NCBI GenBank assembly: GCA_963765495.1 | Contig: CAVXWP010000001.1 | Span: 288,001 to 352,000 of the forward strand | Source of the DNA: Blastocatellia bacterium | Lineage (GTDB): Bacteria > Acidobacteriota > Blastocatellia > UBA7656 | Direction of reading: 5' to 3' | DNA length: 64,000 bases | Shown: positions 9,414 through 19,922 of the stretch, in pieces | Numbering within the stretch: position 1 is the stretch's first letter | Layout: the number at the start of each line of letters is the position of its first letter | Translations under genes and position numbers: made by a program | Notes under the pieces: generated by a model | What the model saw: only the letters and a program-made list of their open reading frames with translations | What the model was told of the DNA's origin: nothing | Databases searched by the model: none

Positions 9414-10691
9414 TCATCCTCGTCTGCGCAATCGCTCGATGGCCTGGCGGAAACTGTCGCGCGTGCGATCCATCTGCTCGGCCAATCGGTTGATTTCATC
9501 CTCGGCAAGCGATGGCGGAATCCAATTACCGGCCAGCCCGTTTTGATCCTTTACGGGAGTACTGAGTTCACCGACACTCATTCGAGTTGCGGCTTCGGTC
9601 AGAGCCTCAAGCCTGATGCCCAGAAAGCGCCCGAATAGAAATCCTACAGCGCCTGCCAGTAAAAATGCCAGCACGCCGATGACGATTAGCAGAATTCCGA
9701 CCGTGACCGGGGCTTTAATCTCGCTTGCGGGTATGGCGCAGCCGATGGCTGCAACCTCGGTTCCGTCGAGCGATTTCACGCTTTCCCACGACACGGCGTA
9801 ATCGCGTCCGCCCGATTGAATTATCTCTTCGGTTCTGGCAGGATCGCGCCTCGCGCCTTCAAGCGCCCCTCGACCGCCGGAGTCGCGTTCCCCTTTTGCG
9901 GGAACGCTTGATGCGATGATCGTATCGCCGAGCGATATGAGCGCGCCCGATTCCGGTGCCTGACCGCCGTAAACGATCTGTCGCGCTTCGCCCACTATGG
10001 AGGATTGCAGAGGACCTCCGCCCGCGCGCGTCGTCGAAAAATTATTCAACATCTGGCCGATCAATACCACGCCGACGAAACGCCCCGCGCTGAAGATAGG
10101 CGCGGCAGCTTCGATCATCAGGGAATCCTCAACAAGCGATGAATCAATGCGAGCGACCTCGGCCATCTGCGCTAACCCCAAACGGGCCAGTTGCTCACGC
10201 GGCTCCACAACGGAAGAAGCAAGCGGGCGAATGCGCGATCCCGTTCCCTCAGAGATAACGCTCTCTGCAACCGGGTTCTTGTAGTCGTTTCCGAGGATGG
10301 ACTCCCCGGCCGAAGGGCGGTCGTTATGGCGGGCGATCACGCGCCCGCTTTGATCGGCAACTATCAGAAAATCGAGGCTGAATTCGTTTTGCGCTCCGGG
10401 CAGCATGTCCTGCAATCGCGCCCACGCGGACTGATATTCACTCGGTTCATTTTCGCGGCTGACAAGCACGCGGTTTGCGACTTCATCGGCGAGCCGCTGC
10501 GCGGCCGAGCGCATCTCGGCGAGCCGCTTTTCGTAAAGACCTTCGGCAAGCCGCGCATTATTTTGAAGGCGTTCGCGCGCGCGCGCGCGCGAATCGCGGG
10601 AGGTTTGATAAAGCACCAGAACCGAGGCTACGATCAGAGGAAGAATCGCCGCAACGGCACAAAGCGCTCCAAGCTTCTGGCTCAATCGCAT
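9414..10691 (-). CDS. Membrane sensor: TM-Cache-like domain-TM-HAMP, no output domain
   Basis: Two TM helices; LDFLIVADQSGRVIAR Cache-like strand; HAMP (LTEAATRMSVGEL...DEINRLAEQMDRTR) runs to the stop. Start MRLSQKL; upstream ORF extension is repeat. Confidence 0.8.
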   Translation of the reverse strand: MRLSQKLGALCAVAAILPLIVASVLVLYQTSRDSRARARERLQNNARLAEGLYEKRLAEMRSAAQRLADEVANRVLVSRENEPSEYQSAWARLQDMLPGAQNEFSLDFLIVADQSGRVIARHNDRPSAGESILGNDYKNPVAESVISEGTGSRIRPLASSVVEPREQLARLGLAQMAEVARIDSSLVEDSLMIEAAAPIFSAGRFVGVVLIGQMLNNFSTTRAGGGPLQSSIVGEARQIVYGGQAPESGALISLGDTIIASSVPAKGERDSGGRGALEGARRDPARTEEIIQSGGRDYAVSWESVKSLDGTEVAAIGCAIPASEIKAPVTVGILLIVIGVLAFLLAGAVGFLFGRFLGIRLEALTEAATRMSVGELSTPVKDQNGLAGNWIPPSLAEDEINRLAEQMDRTRDSFRQAIERLRRRG

Positions 10692-10694
10692 AAT

Positions 10695-10825
<131 letters not shown>

Positions 10826-10832
<7 letters not shown>

Positions 10833-13321
10833 TTGGCGTCTTTCGCGCACCGGAATCCCGTCTTATCATAACCCTTGTCGGCGTCAACGAATCCGCGATA
10901 AGAGGCATCGTGCTGTTTGTTGCCGTCGTATGCGCCCCCGCGTATCACGCGATAAGTCACGCTGCGCTGCAACTCGGGTTTGGGTGTAGGGCTTTTTGCA
11001 TAGAGATTGAATTTACTGGCAGTCCATTCCCAGACATTGCCTATCATATCGAGTGCGCCAACCGGGCTTGCACCGCCGGGGTACTGGCCCACTTCTTTTA
11101 TACCGTCGGTGTCAATATTGGCGAGGCTCTTGTCCCAATCGTTTCCCCACGGGTATATGCGACCATCCGCGCCACGAGCCGCCGCTTCCCACTCTTCTTC
11201 GGTGGGCAGCCGCTTGCCTGCCCACGCGGCATAATCGGCAGCATCCTTCCAGCTTAGGCCGGTTACAGGGAAATTATCCTGCCCTGCCTGATAATTATCG
11301 TTCTTCCAACCCTCGGGCGCGCGGTGCCCGGTCGCGTCAATAAACTTTTTATATGAGGCGTTGGTAACTTCGGTACGATCTATGTAAAAGGCTTTCAGAC
11401 TTACCATATGCTCAGGCTTTTCAAACTGATCGCCTTCATCGCGGCCTATCTTATAGGTTCCGCTTGCAACAAGCGCCATCCCTTCGGGCGCGGTCGGGGC
11501 CGTTGGAGTCGGAGCAGGCGGCGGAGCGGGTGATGTGGCAGGCACAGGCGGCGTCACTTCTGTAGTTTCAGTCCTGGGCGACCCGCCCGACAGATACCAC
11601 CAGCCCAGATAAACGGCTATGCAGATCATCACAACCCCGATTGCTATCGAAGCTATTGTCACGCTGCTTTTTGGGCTCGATGGCGGAGCCTCGCTCACGA
11701 TGATCCCGGGCGGTTCGTGCGCCGAATAAGGCGGGAGCGGTTGAGCCATTTGCTCGCGGTCATCCGAGGCGGCTTGCGCCGCCGACGTATCGATTACCTC
11801 GGTCTCATTGACGGGTATCGCCGCGTTGTCCGAGTGCGTATTAAACGGATCGGATTGATAAGGAGATTCGAATTGTGGTTCGGCGGGCGGAGGCACCAGG
11901 CCAAACGGGGCCGTGTGCACATCCTCAAAAGGCGTCTCAGAGACTATCATCGTAGGCGCGGTGTTTATTTCGGATTCGGCCTCTTCGGTTTCAATCGTTT
12001 CTGCCACCTCGTCTTCTGGTGCCTCGTCTTCTGGCGACTCGTCTTCTGCCGCCTCGCCGCTCTCAGGCGGCGGCGTCACTTCGGTCTCATAGACGAAAGG
12101 CGATTGCGACCGATCCTGTAAGAACTCATCGGGCAAAGCGCCCATCTGTATAGTGCCTCCGGGCAGATCGCCGCTTTCTTCCGGTATCGCTCCAAATTGC
12201 CCGGTTGCCGTATCGCTTTCGGCCTCGCCTGACAAGGGGGGTTCAAGTTGAAAGGCTTCGAGCGTCAACGCGGAAGACGAGACCCGGTTTGCCTCCGGTG
12301 TCAATTCGGAAGAATATGGGTCGCTTTTGGCCTCCGGGTGCTCGACCGGATTCGTAGTTCGTCGCTGAAAGTTTGCGGTTGGAGACGGCATCTCGCTTTC
12401 CGGGCCGACTCCCGGCAGCATCTCGGTTTCGGCGCTTACTGAAATTCTCTCTATTTCGACCGTCTCCGGTGCGAAAGGAAGAGCCTGATCTTGATCCGGC
12501 GCGGCATCAGGTGTGTCAATCGCAGATGCATTGAACGCGGGCGGTTCCGGCGCAGGCGTCTCGGACGCAAACATCTCAGGCGTGGGCGATTCATGCGAGG
12601 GAGGCTCAAAGGCAGGCGCTTCAAAAGCGATGGTTTCATTTTCGAAGACCGCTTCATTCTGCGGGGGCGAACTCATCCCCTCGGTCGAGATCAATGCGGC
12701 GGCCCGCTCCCTTTCAGACAGATGCTCCGGAAGATCGGGCAGCGTGCTCTGCCGGGCTTGCACCTCCGCATCGCCTCTCGTATCGCGATTCGAATCGGTA
12801 TCGTCAAACGACGCTCCACAAACGCGACACGTTCTTGAGCCAAGCGGGCTGAAGCTCGTGCACTGATTGCAAAGCAATGATGATGCGCCAAAGGGGCTTG
12901 CCGGCGCAGAGACGGACGCGCCGCAGGATTTGCAATACTTCGAGCCGGTATCGAGGTTTTCGCCGCAGGACGGGCATTGCGCGATCAGCGCCGTGGAACT
13001 CCGGGCGCTCTCGTTGCCCTTCCTGGCCCCCGATTTTTTAGTGAAATCGTGACCGCATCGAGTGCAGTTGAGCTCCCCTGTCGCATTCGAAGCGCCGCAA
13101 AGCGGGCACGAAACGCCTACGGACTCGCGCTTGCCGGAGACGAGATTGATGCCGCAGGATTTGCAGAAAGACCATTTCGGCTGTACCGCAGCCAGACAGG
13201 ATGGACAGGTATAGAGCTCGCTTGTGATGCGCGGGCGCTCAACCAGTCCCTGGCCGCACCATTTGCAATAGCGCAACCCTACGGGGAAGTCTAAATTGCA
13301 TTTCTCACAATACATATTCAA
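10826..13321 (-). CDS. Zinc-ribbon repeats + acidic linker + TM + FGE/sulfatase-modifying (CLec-fold) domain protein
   Basis: Ten CxxC motifs in the first ~170 aa; TM IAIGVVMICIAVYLGWWYL; RLPTEEEWEAAARG, DMIGNVWEW, RGG, GFRC. Confidence 0.88.
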
Positions 13322-13384
13322 GCCAGGCCCAAGAAGGCAGACGACATAACTATAACCATCCGATGGCTGACAAGTCTACAGAAA

Positions 13385-13489
13385 TGATTCGTGAAGCGTG
13401 AAGTGTGATGTGTGGCCTTGAGATGGTGCCGAAGGTTTGAGCGCGCTTACAAGCCTGCTTGTGTCACAAATCACGTTTCACGAATCGCT
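13385..13489. repeat. Degenerate 7-mer-periodic inverted repeat
   Basis: TGATTCG TGAAGCG TGAAGTG TGATGTG with TCACAAA TCACGTT TCACGAA. Confidence 0.7.
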
Positions 13490-13490
13490 T

Positions 13491-14516
13491 TTACATTTCG
13501 CGTTCGACGATGAAGCGAGGCACGCTGAGCAGGGCTGTGCGGTACTGGGAGGGCGGAAAGATTGAGAGCGATTCGACCGCTTCATCGGCGTAGCGCCGGG
13601 CTTCGGCAAGGGCGCGGGCCAGAGTGCCTCGCTCGTCGATTAGATCGAGCACCTGTTTACGACTGACGGTTTCGAACCCGCGTTCGCGCATGACGGTTTC
13701 GATCATTTCACGATGCTGCTCGTTGCCTTCTTCCATAAGGTATATCAACGGCAGCGTCAGTTTGCCTTCGCGCAGGTCGTTGGCGACCGGCTTGCCGAGC
13801 TTGGCTTCGGTGGAGATGAAATCGAGCACATCATCTATCAACTGAAAAGCGACGCCGACCGACAGCCCGTAACGAGCCATCGCGCGGCGCTCTTCCGAGG
13901 TAGCGCCTGCCACTATCGCGCCTACTTCGGCACAGGTGCTGAACATGTAAGCGGTCTTGCGGCGGACGATTTCGAGATGTTCGGCCTCGGTGATCCGGCT
14001 GTTGCCGATCAGAGATAACTGGATGATCTCGCCTTCGACCATAAGGCGCGTCATCCCTGTCAGCGTTTCGAGTATGTCGAAATTGCGTTCGACCAGGCTC
14101 ATCTCGAAGGCCGTCATATAGAGCCAGTCGCCCATCAAGACCGTGATGTCGTTGCCCCATTTGGCATTGGCCGAAGCTCGTCCGCGCCGCACGCGCGCTT
14201 CATCAATTATGTCGTCGTGCATGAGCGTAGCCATATGGAGCATCTCCATCACGGCGGCCATGCGAATCGTCGAGGGCGTTGCCTGCCCCGATATGAGTCT
14301 GCTTGCGAGCGCGACCATCGCCGGGCGCACGCGCTTGCCCCCGCCCTCCTGCAGATAGCGGGCAACGGATGCAACCACCGGAGAGGCTTCGGCAACCTGG
14401 CGCTCGAACTCGTCTTCAACGAGCTTCAAATCATTCAGCACGAGAGAGAATATCTCTTCCGGCGTCATCTCGGCGTCTTCGGTCTTTGGCTCATCCATAT
14501 GCAAGCGACTATGCAT
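13491..14516 (-). CDS. Polyprenyl (IspB-like) diphosphate synthase
   Basis: GGKRVRP, HDDIID (FARM), RRG, KTA, FQLIDDVLD (SARM); AAGGAG SD upstream. Confidence 0.93.
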   Translation of the reverse strand: MHSRLHMDEPKTEDAEMTPEEIFSLVLNDLKLVEDEFERQVAEASPVVASVARYLQEGGGKRVRPAMVALASRLISGQATPSTIRMAAVMEMLHMATLMHDDIIDEARVRRGRASANAKWGNDITVLMGDWLYMTAFEMSLVERNFDILETLTGMTRLMVEGEIIQLSLIGNSRITEAEHLEIVRRKTAYMFSTCAEVGAIVAGATSEERRAMARYGLSVGVAFQLIDDVLDFISTEAKLGKPVANDLREGKLTLPLIYLMEEGNEQHREMIETVMRERGFETVSRKQVLDLIDERGTLARALAEARRYADEAVESLSIFPPSQYRTALLSVPRFIVEREM

Positions 14517-14734
14517 CAACTCAGATTTCTCCTTGAAATGCGACCGCCAATCATACCAAACCGGGCGTTGAGAAGGCAAAAGGCAAAACGAAAAGATATA
14601 CGCGTCGTATGCACGCGTCCCGCTTCCCTGAGCCGGTCTCTTCCTGTTATAGCCATTTGGTGCGTAACGCGCAACGCACAATCGCGTTTTCAATCCCGGG
14701 TCCGAGCCTCAATCGCAGCCCGTCGCGCCCTGTG

Positions 14735-14762
14735 TTGACAAGGTGAGAAAAACTGTTAGTTT
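14735..14762 (+). promoter_or_regulatory. Sigma70-type promoter for the pspA-like operon
   Basis: TTGACA 14735-14740; TGn-TAGTTT 14754-14762. Confidence 0.55.
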
Positions 14763-14908
14763 AAATTTTCGCCGATCAGTTGTTGTGGTAGACTTAATGA
14801 CGAAATCCAGACGGCCTTGCCCCGCGTCTTGTTTTAGAGAAGCCGGGCGCGTGCTTCGGCTATCAAAAATGCATCCGAGATCGAGGGCCGGCAAAAATAG
14901 GAGGGGAA

Positions 14909-15667
14909 ATGTGGAATAGACTCAAACGATTATTCCGTTCGATCTTCGGCGGGATGATCGAAAGGGCCGAAGACCCTGAACTGATACTCCAGCAGACCAT
15001 CCGCGACATGCGCGAGAAGGTCCCTGAGATGCAGAACAATGTCGCGCAGGTAATGGCCACCGAGAAGCTGCTGCAAAGAGAGATAACCACGCTCGAACGC
15101 GAAGTGATCGAGTATGACGCCAAGATCAAGGCCGCAATCAAGCAGGGCCGCGACGACATCGCCAAGACCTATATAACCGCTCTGCAGGAAAAACAGATCG
15201 CCCTCGACCGCTCGAAGCAACAACTTGAGAGCGCGAAGGCCGCAGCCAGCCAGGCCAAAAAGTTTCTCGACAACTACATTCTCCAGGTGAAGAAACGCAC
15301 CGCCGAGGCCCAGCAACTCGTAAACGAGGCGCGAGCCGCCAAGATGCAGGAACAGCTCTCACAGACCATGGCATCGTTTCAGATCGGTGACGACGCGGGC
15401 ACCTTTGGCGAGATGCGCGAGCGCATCCAGCGCCGGGCCGCTGCCGCCGAAGCGCGGATGGACCTTGCGACCGGCGGTATAGAGTCTACGATTCAGGACA
15501 TAGAGCGCGAGTCGCTGAATATACAGGTCGAAGATACATTGTCTGCCTACAAACGGCAGATGGGTGTAGGGCAGGATACGTCGCCTATGCCTGCGCCTCC
15601 TTCCATAGAGAGCGACAGCGCGGGCAAATCGCTCGGCCCTTCCGAGCGGTCGAAGACGCTTGAATAG
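14909..15667 (+). CDS. PspA/IM30 (ESCRT-III superfamily) protein
   Basis: Amphipathic N-terminus MWNRLKRLFRS, EDPELILQQTIRDM, AIKQGRDDIAK, long coiled coil; AGGAGG SD. Confidence 0.92.
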   Translation: MWNRLKRLFRSIFGGMIERAEDPELILQQTIRDMREKVPEMQNNVAQVMATEKLLQREITTLEREVIEYDAKIKAAIKQGRDDIAKTYITALQEKQIALDRSKQQLESAKAAASQAKKFLDNYILQVKKRTAEAQQLVNEARAAKMQEQLSQTMASFQIGDDAGTFGEMRERIQRRAAAAEARMDLATGGIESTIQDIERESLNIQVEDTLSAYKRQMGVGQDTSPMPAPPSIESDSAGKSLGPSERSKTLE

Positions 15668-15744
15668 AAGCGGTGAATGCTGAATGATGAACGGGGGGGA
15701 TTAAATCACCTCATTCATCATTATCATGTTGAAAGCGGGTTTTT

Positions 15745-16587
15745 ATGCCTGAAAAGGTGAGCTATCTCAAAGAGGCGGCCAAAGAGCCGCTCAACATCTG
15801 GGCTATGGTAGGCTTTGTCGCTTCCTCGGTCTTTGCGGCCACGACGGATTTCTCGATGTTTGCCTGGGTTCCGCTTGCGGCAGGCGCGGCTGCCGAATCG
15901 CTCTATCTGGCGAGCATCCCGGCTACGAGCGCATACCGCAGACTTGTAGATCGCCGGGTGCGCCGCCGTGAATTTGCAGAGCGAGGCCGCAAGCGCGAAG
16001 AACTGATAAAGGCGTTCGACCCTCGCGAGCGCGAGGCGGTCGAATACCTGCGCTGGATGAAGAATCAGATATATCAAAACTATCAAAAATTTGCCCACGT
16101 CGCCGATGTGCCTGATAGCATCTCGCGGCTTGAAAACATCTGGGAATCCTATGTGGACCTGCTCGATGTTTATCGCCGCCGCAAGAATCATCTGCGCTCG
16201 ATAAATCGCCAGACGATTCAAAACCAGACCCAGCAGGCCGAGCGCGCCATGCAGTCGGCCCCCGACCCCGACACTCGCAGACTCTATGAAAAGAATATCG
16301 AAATACTTCAGAAGCGGCTCCAGACCTATAACGACATCGAGCGGTCGATGAAACGCGTAGAGGCTCAACTTCAATCAATCGAGAGTTTCTTCGGGCTCGT
16401 AAACGATCAGGTGGTAACGATGCCTACGCCCGATCACATTCTGTCGCTGGACTTCGAATCCCTGCTCTCTTCTATAGAGATCACCAAGGAGATATTGGAA
16501 GAGACGGCTCCCGTTCTCAGCCAGTTGGACGCCGCCGAGCGCACTTCGCAAGACCACATGCGGCCACCTGTGGCCCAGAGACAATAG
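15745..16587 (+). CDS. Membrane-anchored coiled-coil protein (2 N-terminal hydrophobic segments)
   Basis: Hydrophobic residues ~17-58, then R/E/Q-rich helices; co-oriented between pspA-like and AAA genes. Confidence 0.8.
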   Translation: MPEKVSYLKEAAKEPLNIWAMVGFVASSVFAATTDFSMFAWVPLAAGAAAESLYLASIPATSAYRRLVDRRVRRREFAERGRKREELIKAFDPREREAVEYLRWMKNQIYQNYQKFAHVADVPDSISRLENIWESYVDLLDVYRRRKNHLRSINRQTIQNQTQQAERAMQSAPDPDTRRLYEKNIEILQKRLQTYNDIERSMKRVEAQLQSIESFFGLVNDQVVTMPTPDHILSLDFESLLSSIEITKEILEETAPVLSQLDAAERTSQDHMRPPVAQRQ

Positions 16588-16669
16588 CCGGGGGCCGGGG
16601 GTCAGGGCAGAACGACGAAGTCTTGCTCTCCGTGTCACCGGCCCCCGACCCCTGGTCCCCGGCCCCCGA
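16588..16669. repeat. 7-mer-periodic inverted repeat (GGGGCCG / CCCCGGC)
   Basis: Begins right after TAG and ends about 6 nt before the AAA gene ATG. Confidence 0.8.
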
Positions 16670-16675
16670 TTAGCT

Positions 16676-18382
16676 ATGTCAAGAACAAAACTACTCATTG
16701 ACGATATAGATCAATTGCCCGCGTGGGCTGCGCGAATGGCGCGCAAATACTATGCGGGAGAGGCGAGCCACTTCCTGATATACAACAACATTTATGATCT
16801 GGTGCGCGCCGGGAGCGATTACGTCAGCCTGCTCAATTATCTGCAACGCGAGCTTGTGGGCACAAAACATCTTGTCACCTACAATCGCAGCGAGGGGATA
16901 AAATTCGGATCAACCGAAGCCGAGCGCGCCTTTCTCGCGCAGTTGCGCGTGGCCGACCCGCTTGCGGGCCGCGACGCCGTAAAGCAACTCCCCAGAGACC
17001 CCGCCCGCGCAATACCGCTCATCGAACATTTTTTGCTCTACGGCGATCAGGTCGCGGTCATAATCAATTTCATGGATACGATCATCCCGGCAGGCGACAT
17101 CAGCTATATGTCGGGCGAAGACCGCACAAATCTGGTTGCCTTTCAGCGATGGATAACCAGCTCTCGATTGCTCAAGAAAGACAACATAGTCATACTGATC
17201 GCCGAAAGCGTAGCCGAGGTTCACCCGCGAATACGCCAGAATTCGCGGCTCGCCGCCATAGACATCCCCTACCCGGATGACAGGGAGCGGCTCGAATTCA
17301 TCAAGCACCTGAGCGAGCAATTGCCGCAGTTCAAGACCGATGTCGGCGATGAACAGACGGCGTTGCTCACATCGGGGCTGAATCGCGTGCATTTGAATTC
17401 GCTCATACGCAGCGCCGCCGTGGAAAACGAACCGATGACGGCCGACATGATTCGCCAGAAGAAGAAAGAATTGATCGAAGCCGAATGCGTGGGTCTTGTC
17501 GAATTCGTACACCCCAGATTCGGGCTCGATTCCGTGGGCGGCATGAAGAAGGCTAAGGATTTCCTGCGAGGCATAGCCGAAACCATACGCGAAGGAATAA
17601 CCGAAGAAGCGCCTATGGGCATTTTGATAAGCGGGCCTGTGGGGACGGGCAAGACATTTCTTGCCGAATGCTTTGCCCACGATTGCGGTTTGAACGTGGT
17701 CGCCTTCAAGAACTTCCGCGAGCGATGGGTGGGCTCGAGCGAAGCAAACCTTGAAAAGATATTAAACCTCCTGCAAACGCTTGCGCCCATTGTCGTACTG
17801 GTTGACGAGGCGGACGCGACTCTCGGCTCGCGCGAAACGGGCGGAGACTCCGGCGTAGATGCGCGAATATTTTCCAAACTAGCGGCGTCGATGGGCGATA
17901 CGAGAAACCGGGGCCGCATACTCTGGATACTGATGACCAGCCGCCCCGACCTGCTTCCCATAGACCTGAAGCGCCAGGGCCGGGCCGAAGAGCACATCTC
18001 GCTCTTCTATCCCGACACGGAAGAAGACCGCCTCGCCATAATCGAAGCGATGCTTCGCAAGCATAAGATCAATGTGGAGGTCGAAGACTGGTCCCCGATC
18101 ACAAAGAGCCAGTTGACGCTTTCGGGAGCCGACATCGAATCCATGTTGATCCGCGCACGCAGGGTCAGCCGCAATGCCGGGCGAAAGATCGTCACACACC
18201 CGGATGTCGAGCAGGTGGCAAACGAGTTCAGCCCGGCTCGCGACGAACTGGCCATCGAATACCAGGTGCTGGTTGCTGCTCGCGAGGCCACATCGCGCGA
18301 GATGGTCCCGGAAAAGTATCGTCACCTCTCTCCCGTAGAACTGAGCCAGCGCATCGAAGAATTGCGTTCGTTCATACGATAA
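16676..18382 (+). CDS. Classical-clade AAA+ ATPase with degenerate N-terminal module
   Basis: Walker A GPVGTGKT, pore loop RWVG, Walker B VLVDEAD, SRH SRPDLLPIDLKRQGR; N-terminal half has no Walker A but keeps an AAA-like IPYPD...R lid. Confidence 0.9.
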   Translation: MSRTKLLIDDIDQLPAWAARMARKYYAGEASHFLIYNNIYDLVRAGSDYVSLLNYLQRELVGTKHLVTYNRSEGIKFGSTEAERAFLAQLRVADPLAGRDAVKQLPRDPARAIPLIEHFLLYGDQVAVIINFMDTIIPAGDISYMSGEDRTNLVAFQRWITSSRLLKKDNIVILIAESVAEVHPRIRQNSRLAAIDIPYPDDRERLEFIKHLSEQLPQFKTDVGDEQTALLTSGLNRVHLNSLIRSAAVENEPMTADMIRQKKKELIEAECVGLVEFVHPRFGLDSVGGMKKAKDFLRGIAETIREGITEEAPMGILISGPVGTGKTFLAECFAHDCGLNVVAFKNFRERWVGSSEANLEKILNLLQTLAPIVVLVDEADATLGSRETGGDSGVDARIFSKLAASMGDTRNRGRILWILMTSRPDLLPIDLKRQGRAEEHISLFYPDTEEDRLAIIEAMLRKHKINVEVEDWSPITKSQLTLSGADIESMLIRARRVSRNAGRKIVTHPDVEQVANEFSPARDELAIEYQVLVAAREATSREMVPEKYRHLSPVELSQRIEELRSFIR

Positions 18383-18419
18383 TCTGAGATATCAAATCTC
18401 AAATCCCTTCGCCAGACCT

Positions 18420-18809
18420 ATGCCTGATGCAAAATTAAAGCTTTCGCTCCTTTCGGGCGCGTTTGCCGTTTGCAGATTGAAGCGCGACAGGGCGGTTCCC
18501 GATTGGGCAACGGCTGGCGACTTTTTCTCGGTCACGCGAACGCGTGATGAGCTTTCAATCGTTTGCCCTGAAAGCGTCGTGCCCGAAGATGTTACTTGCG
18601 AAAAAGGATGGCGATGTTTGAAAGTCCGGGGCACGCTCGATTTCGCTCTGGTCGGCATCCTGGCTTCGATGGTTGTGCCGCTTGCCGAAGCCGGCATCAG
18701 CGTGTTTGTCGTCTCTACTTATGATACTGACTACCTGCTCTTGAAAGAGCGAGACCTCGAAAAAGCCGCTCGCTCGCTTGCGGAGGCCGGGCATACGGTT
18801 GACCTCTGA
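18420..18809 (+). CDS. ACT-domain protein (CASTOR-like ACT)
   Basis: SVTRTRDELSIVC, GTLDFALVGILA, LAEAGISVFVVSTYDTDYLL. Confidence 0.88.
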   Translation: MPDAKLKLSLLSGAFAVCRLKRDRAVPDWATAGDFFSVTRTRDELSIVCPESVVPEDVTCEKGWRCLKVRGTLDFALVGILASMVVPLAEAGISVFVVSTYDTDYLLLKERDLEKAARSLAEAGHTVDL

Positions 18810-18841
18810 GGCCCGAAGCGTGAGGGCCGGAGGCGGGTTTC

Positions 18842-18871
18842 TTGACAATGCTCGGAGCCGGGCATTATAGT
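18842..18871 (+). promoter_or_regulatory. Sigma70-type promoter, probably leaderless hslV transcript
   Basis: TTGACA-18 nt-TATAGT, ATG 8 nt downstream, no SD. Confidence 0.6.
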
Positions 18872-18879
18872 CGCCATTT

Positions 18880-19443
18880 ATGGGGAAGAATCATTTTCAC
18901 CACGAAACACGACCGCGAGTCCGCAGCACAACCATCCTGTCTGTGCGCAGAGACGATCACGTAGCGGTGGCAGGGGACGGGCAGGTCACCTTCGATAAAA
19001 CGGTTATGAAATCGGGTGCGCGCAAGGTCCGCCGCCTCTTCAACGATAAGATAATCGCGGGATTTGCGGGCTCTACGGCCGATGCTTTCACCCTCTTCAC
19101 AAGGTTTGAAGCCAAGCTGGAACAGTATCACGGCCAGTTGCAACGCGCTGCCGTCGAGATGGGCAAAGAGTGGCGAACCGATAAGTATCTGCGCCATCTC
19201 GAAGCGCTGCTGATCGTTGCCGACGAAAAATCATCGCTTCTGATTTCAGGCGGCGGTGATGTGATTGAACCCGACGACGGAGTGCTGGCAATAGGTTCCG
19301 GCGGCCCATACGCTACGGCGGCGGCCCGCGCCCTGATTCGCCATACCCAGTTACCCGCAAGAGAGATCGTCAAAGAAGCCATGAAGATCGCGGGCGAAAT
19401 CTGCATCTATACAAACTCTGAACTTGTGATAGAAGAGATTTGA
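18880..19443 (+). CDS. hslV: ATP-dependent protease peptidase subunit HslV
   Basis: TTILSV (N-terminal Thr after a short propeptide), [27 protein letters not shown]. Confidence 0.96.
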   Translation: MGKNHFHHETRPRVRSTTILSVRRDDHVAVAGDGQVTFDKTVMKSGARKVRRLFNDKIIAGFAGSTADAFTLFTRFEAKLEQYHGQLQRAAVEMGKEWRTDKYLRHLEALLIVADEKSSLLISGGGDVIEPDDGVLAIGSGGPYATAAARALIRHTQLPAREIVKEAMKIAGEICIYTNSELVIEEI

Positions 19444-19725
19444 ACCGCCATAAAGTAAAAGGCACCGGATAAATCCGATGCCTCTTGGCCCCTCAGGTTT
19501 TATCATATCAATCGAGCATCGTTGGGTGATGCTGTAATTGCCATATAGCACTGCATCCCGCGTGCCACCAGCCCCGCTCTTACTCAAGCGGAGAGGTAAA
19601 TAGCTGATATTCGCTGAATTATCGCCGATATTCCTTGCCTTGCCGCTAGAATGGCCGACAGCCTTTTTGGGACAGAATTGCCGAGAAAAAAGCCATGCTT
19701 GCGATTCCAGGCTAAATCAAAAAAA

Positions 19726-19830
19726 GAGAGAGCTAGTTTTTGAGAGAGATAGTTTTTGAGAGAGATAGTTTTTGACAGAATTTACAAGATCAAAAAGATT
19801 GGAAGAAAATCCCGTAAATCCTGTCAAAAA
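19726..19830. repeat. Three 16-bp direct repeats followed by a ~9-mer-periodic inverted repeat
   Basis: GAGAGAG(A/C)TAGTTTTT x3 at 19726-19773; TTTTTGACAGAATTTACAAGAT ... AATCCCGTAAATCCTGTCAAAAA. Confidence 0.75.
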
Positions 19831-19922
19831 GCGGTTGTCCTCACAGGCTTTCCCGAGAGAGCCGGGCAATCCCGGCATTGAGTGACTTTGTACCTGTCTG
19901 ATAGACTCGTGATGGTTTAAGA

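Noticed and set aside
19726-19773. Direct repeats as a CRISPR array (also 38058-38087)
   Set aside because: Contiguous short units with no spacers and no cas genes.
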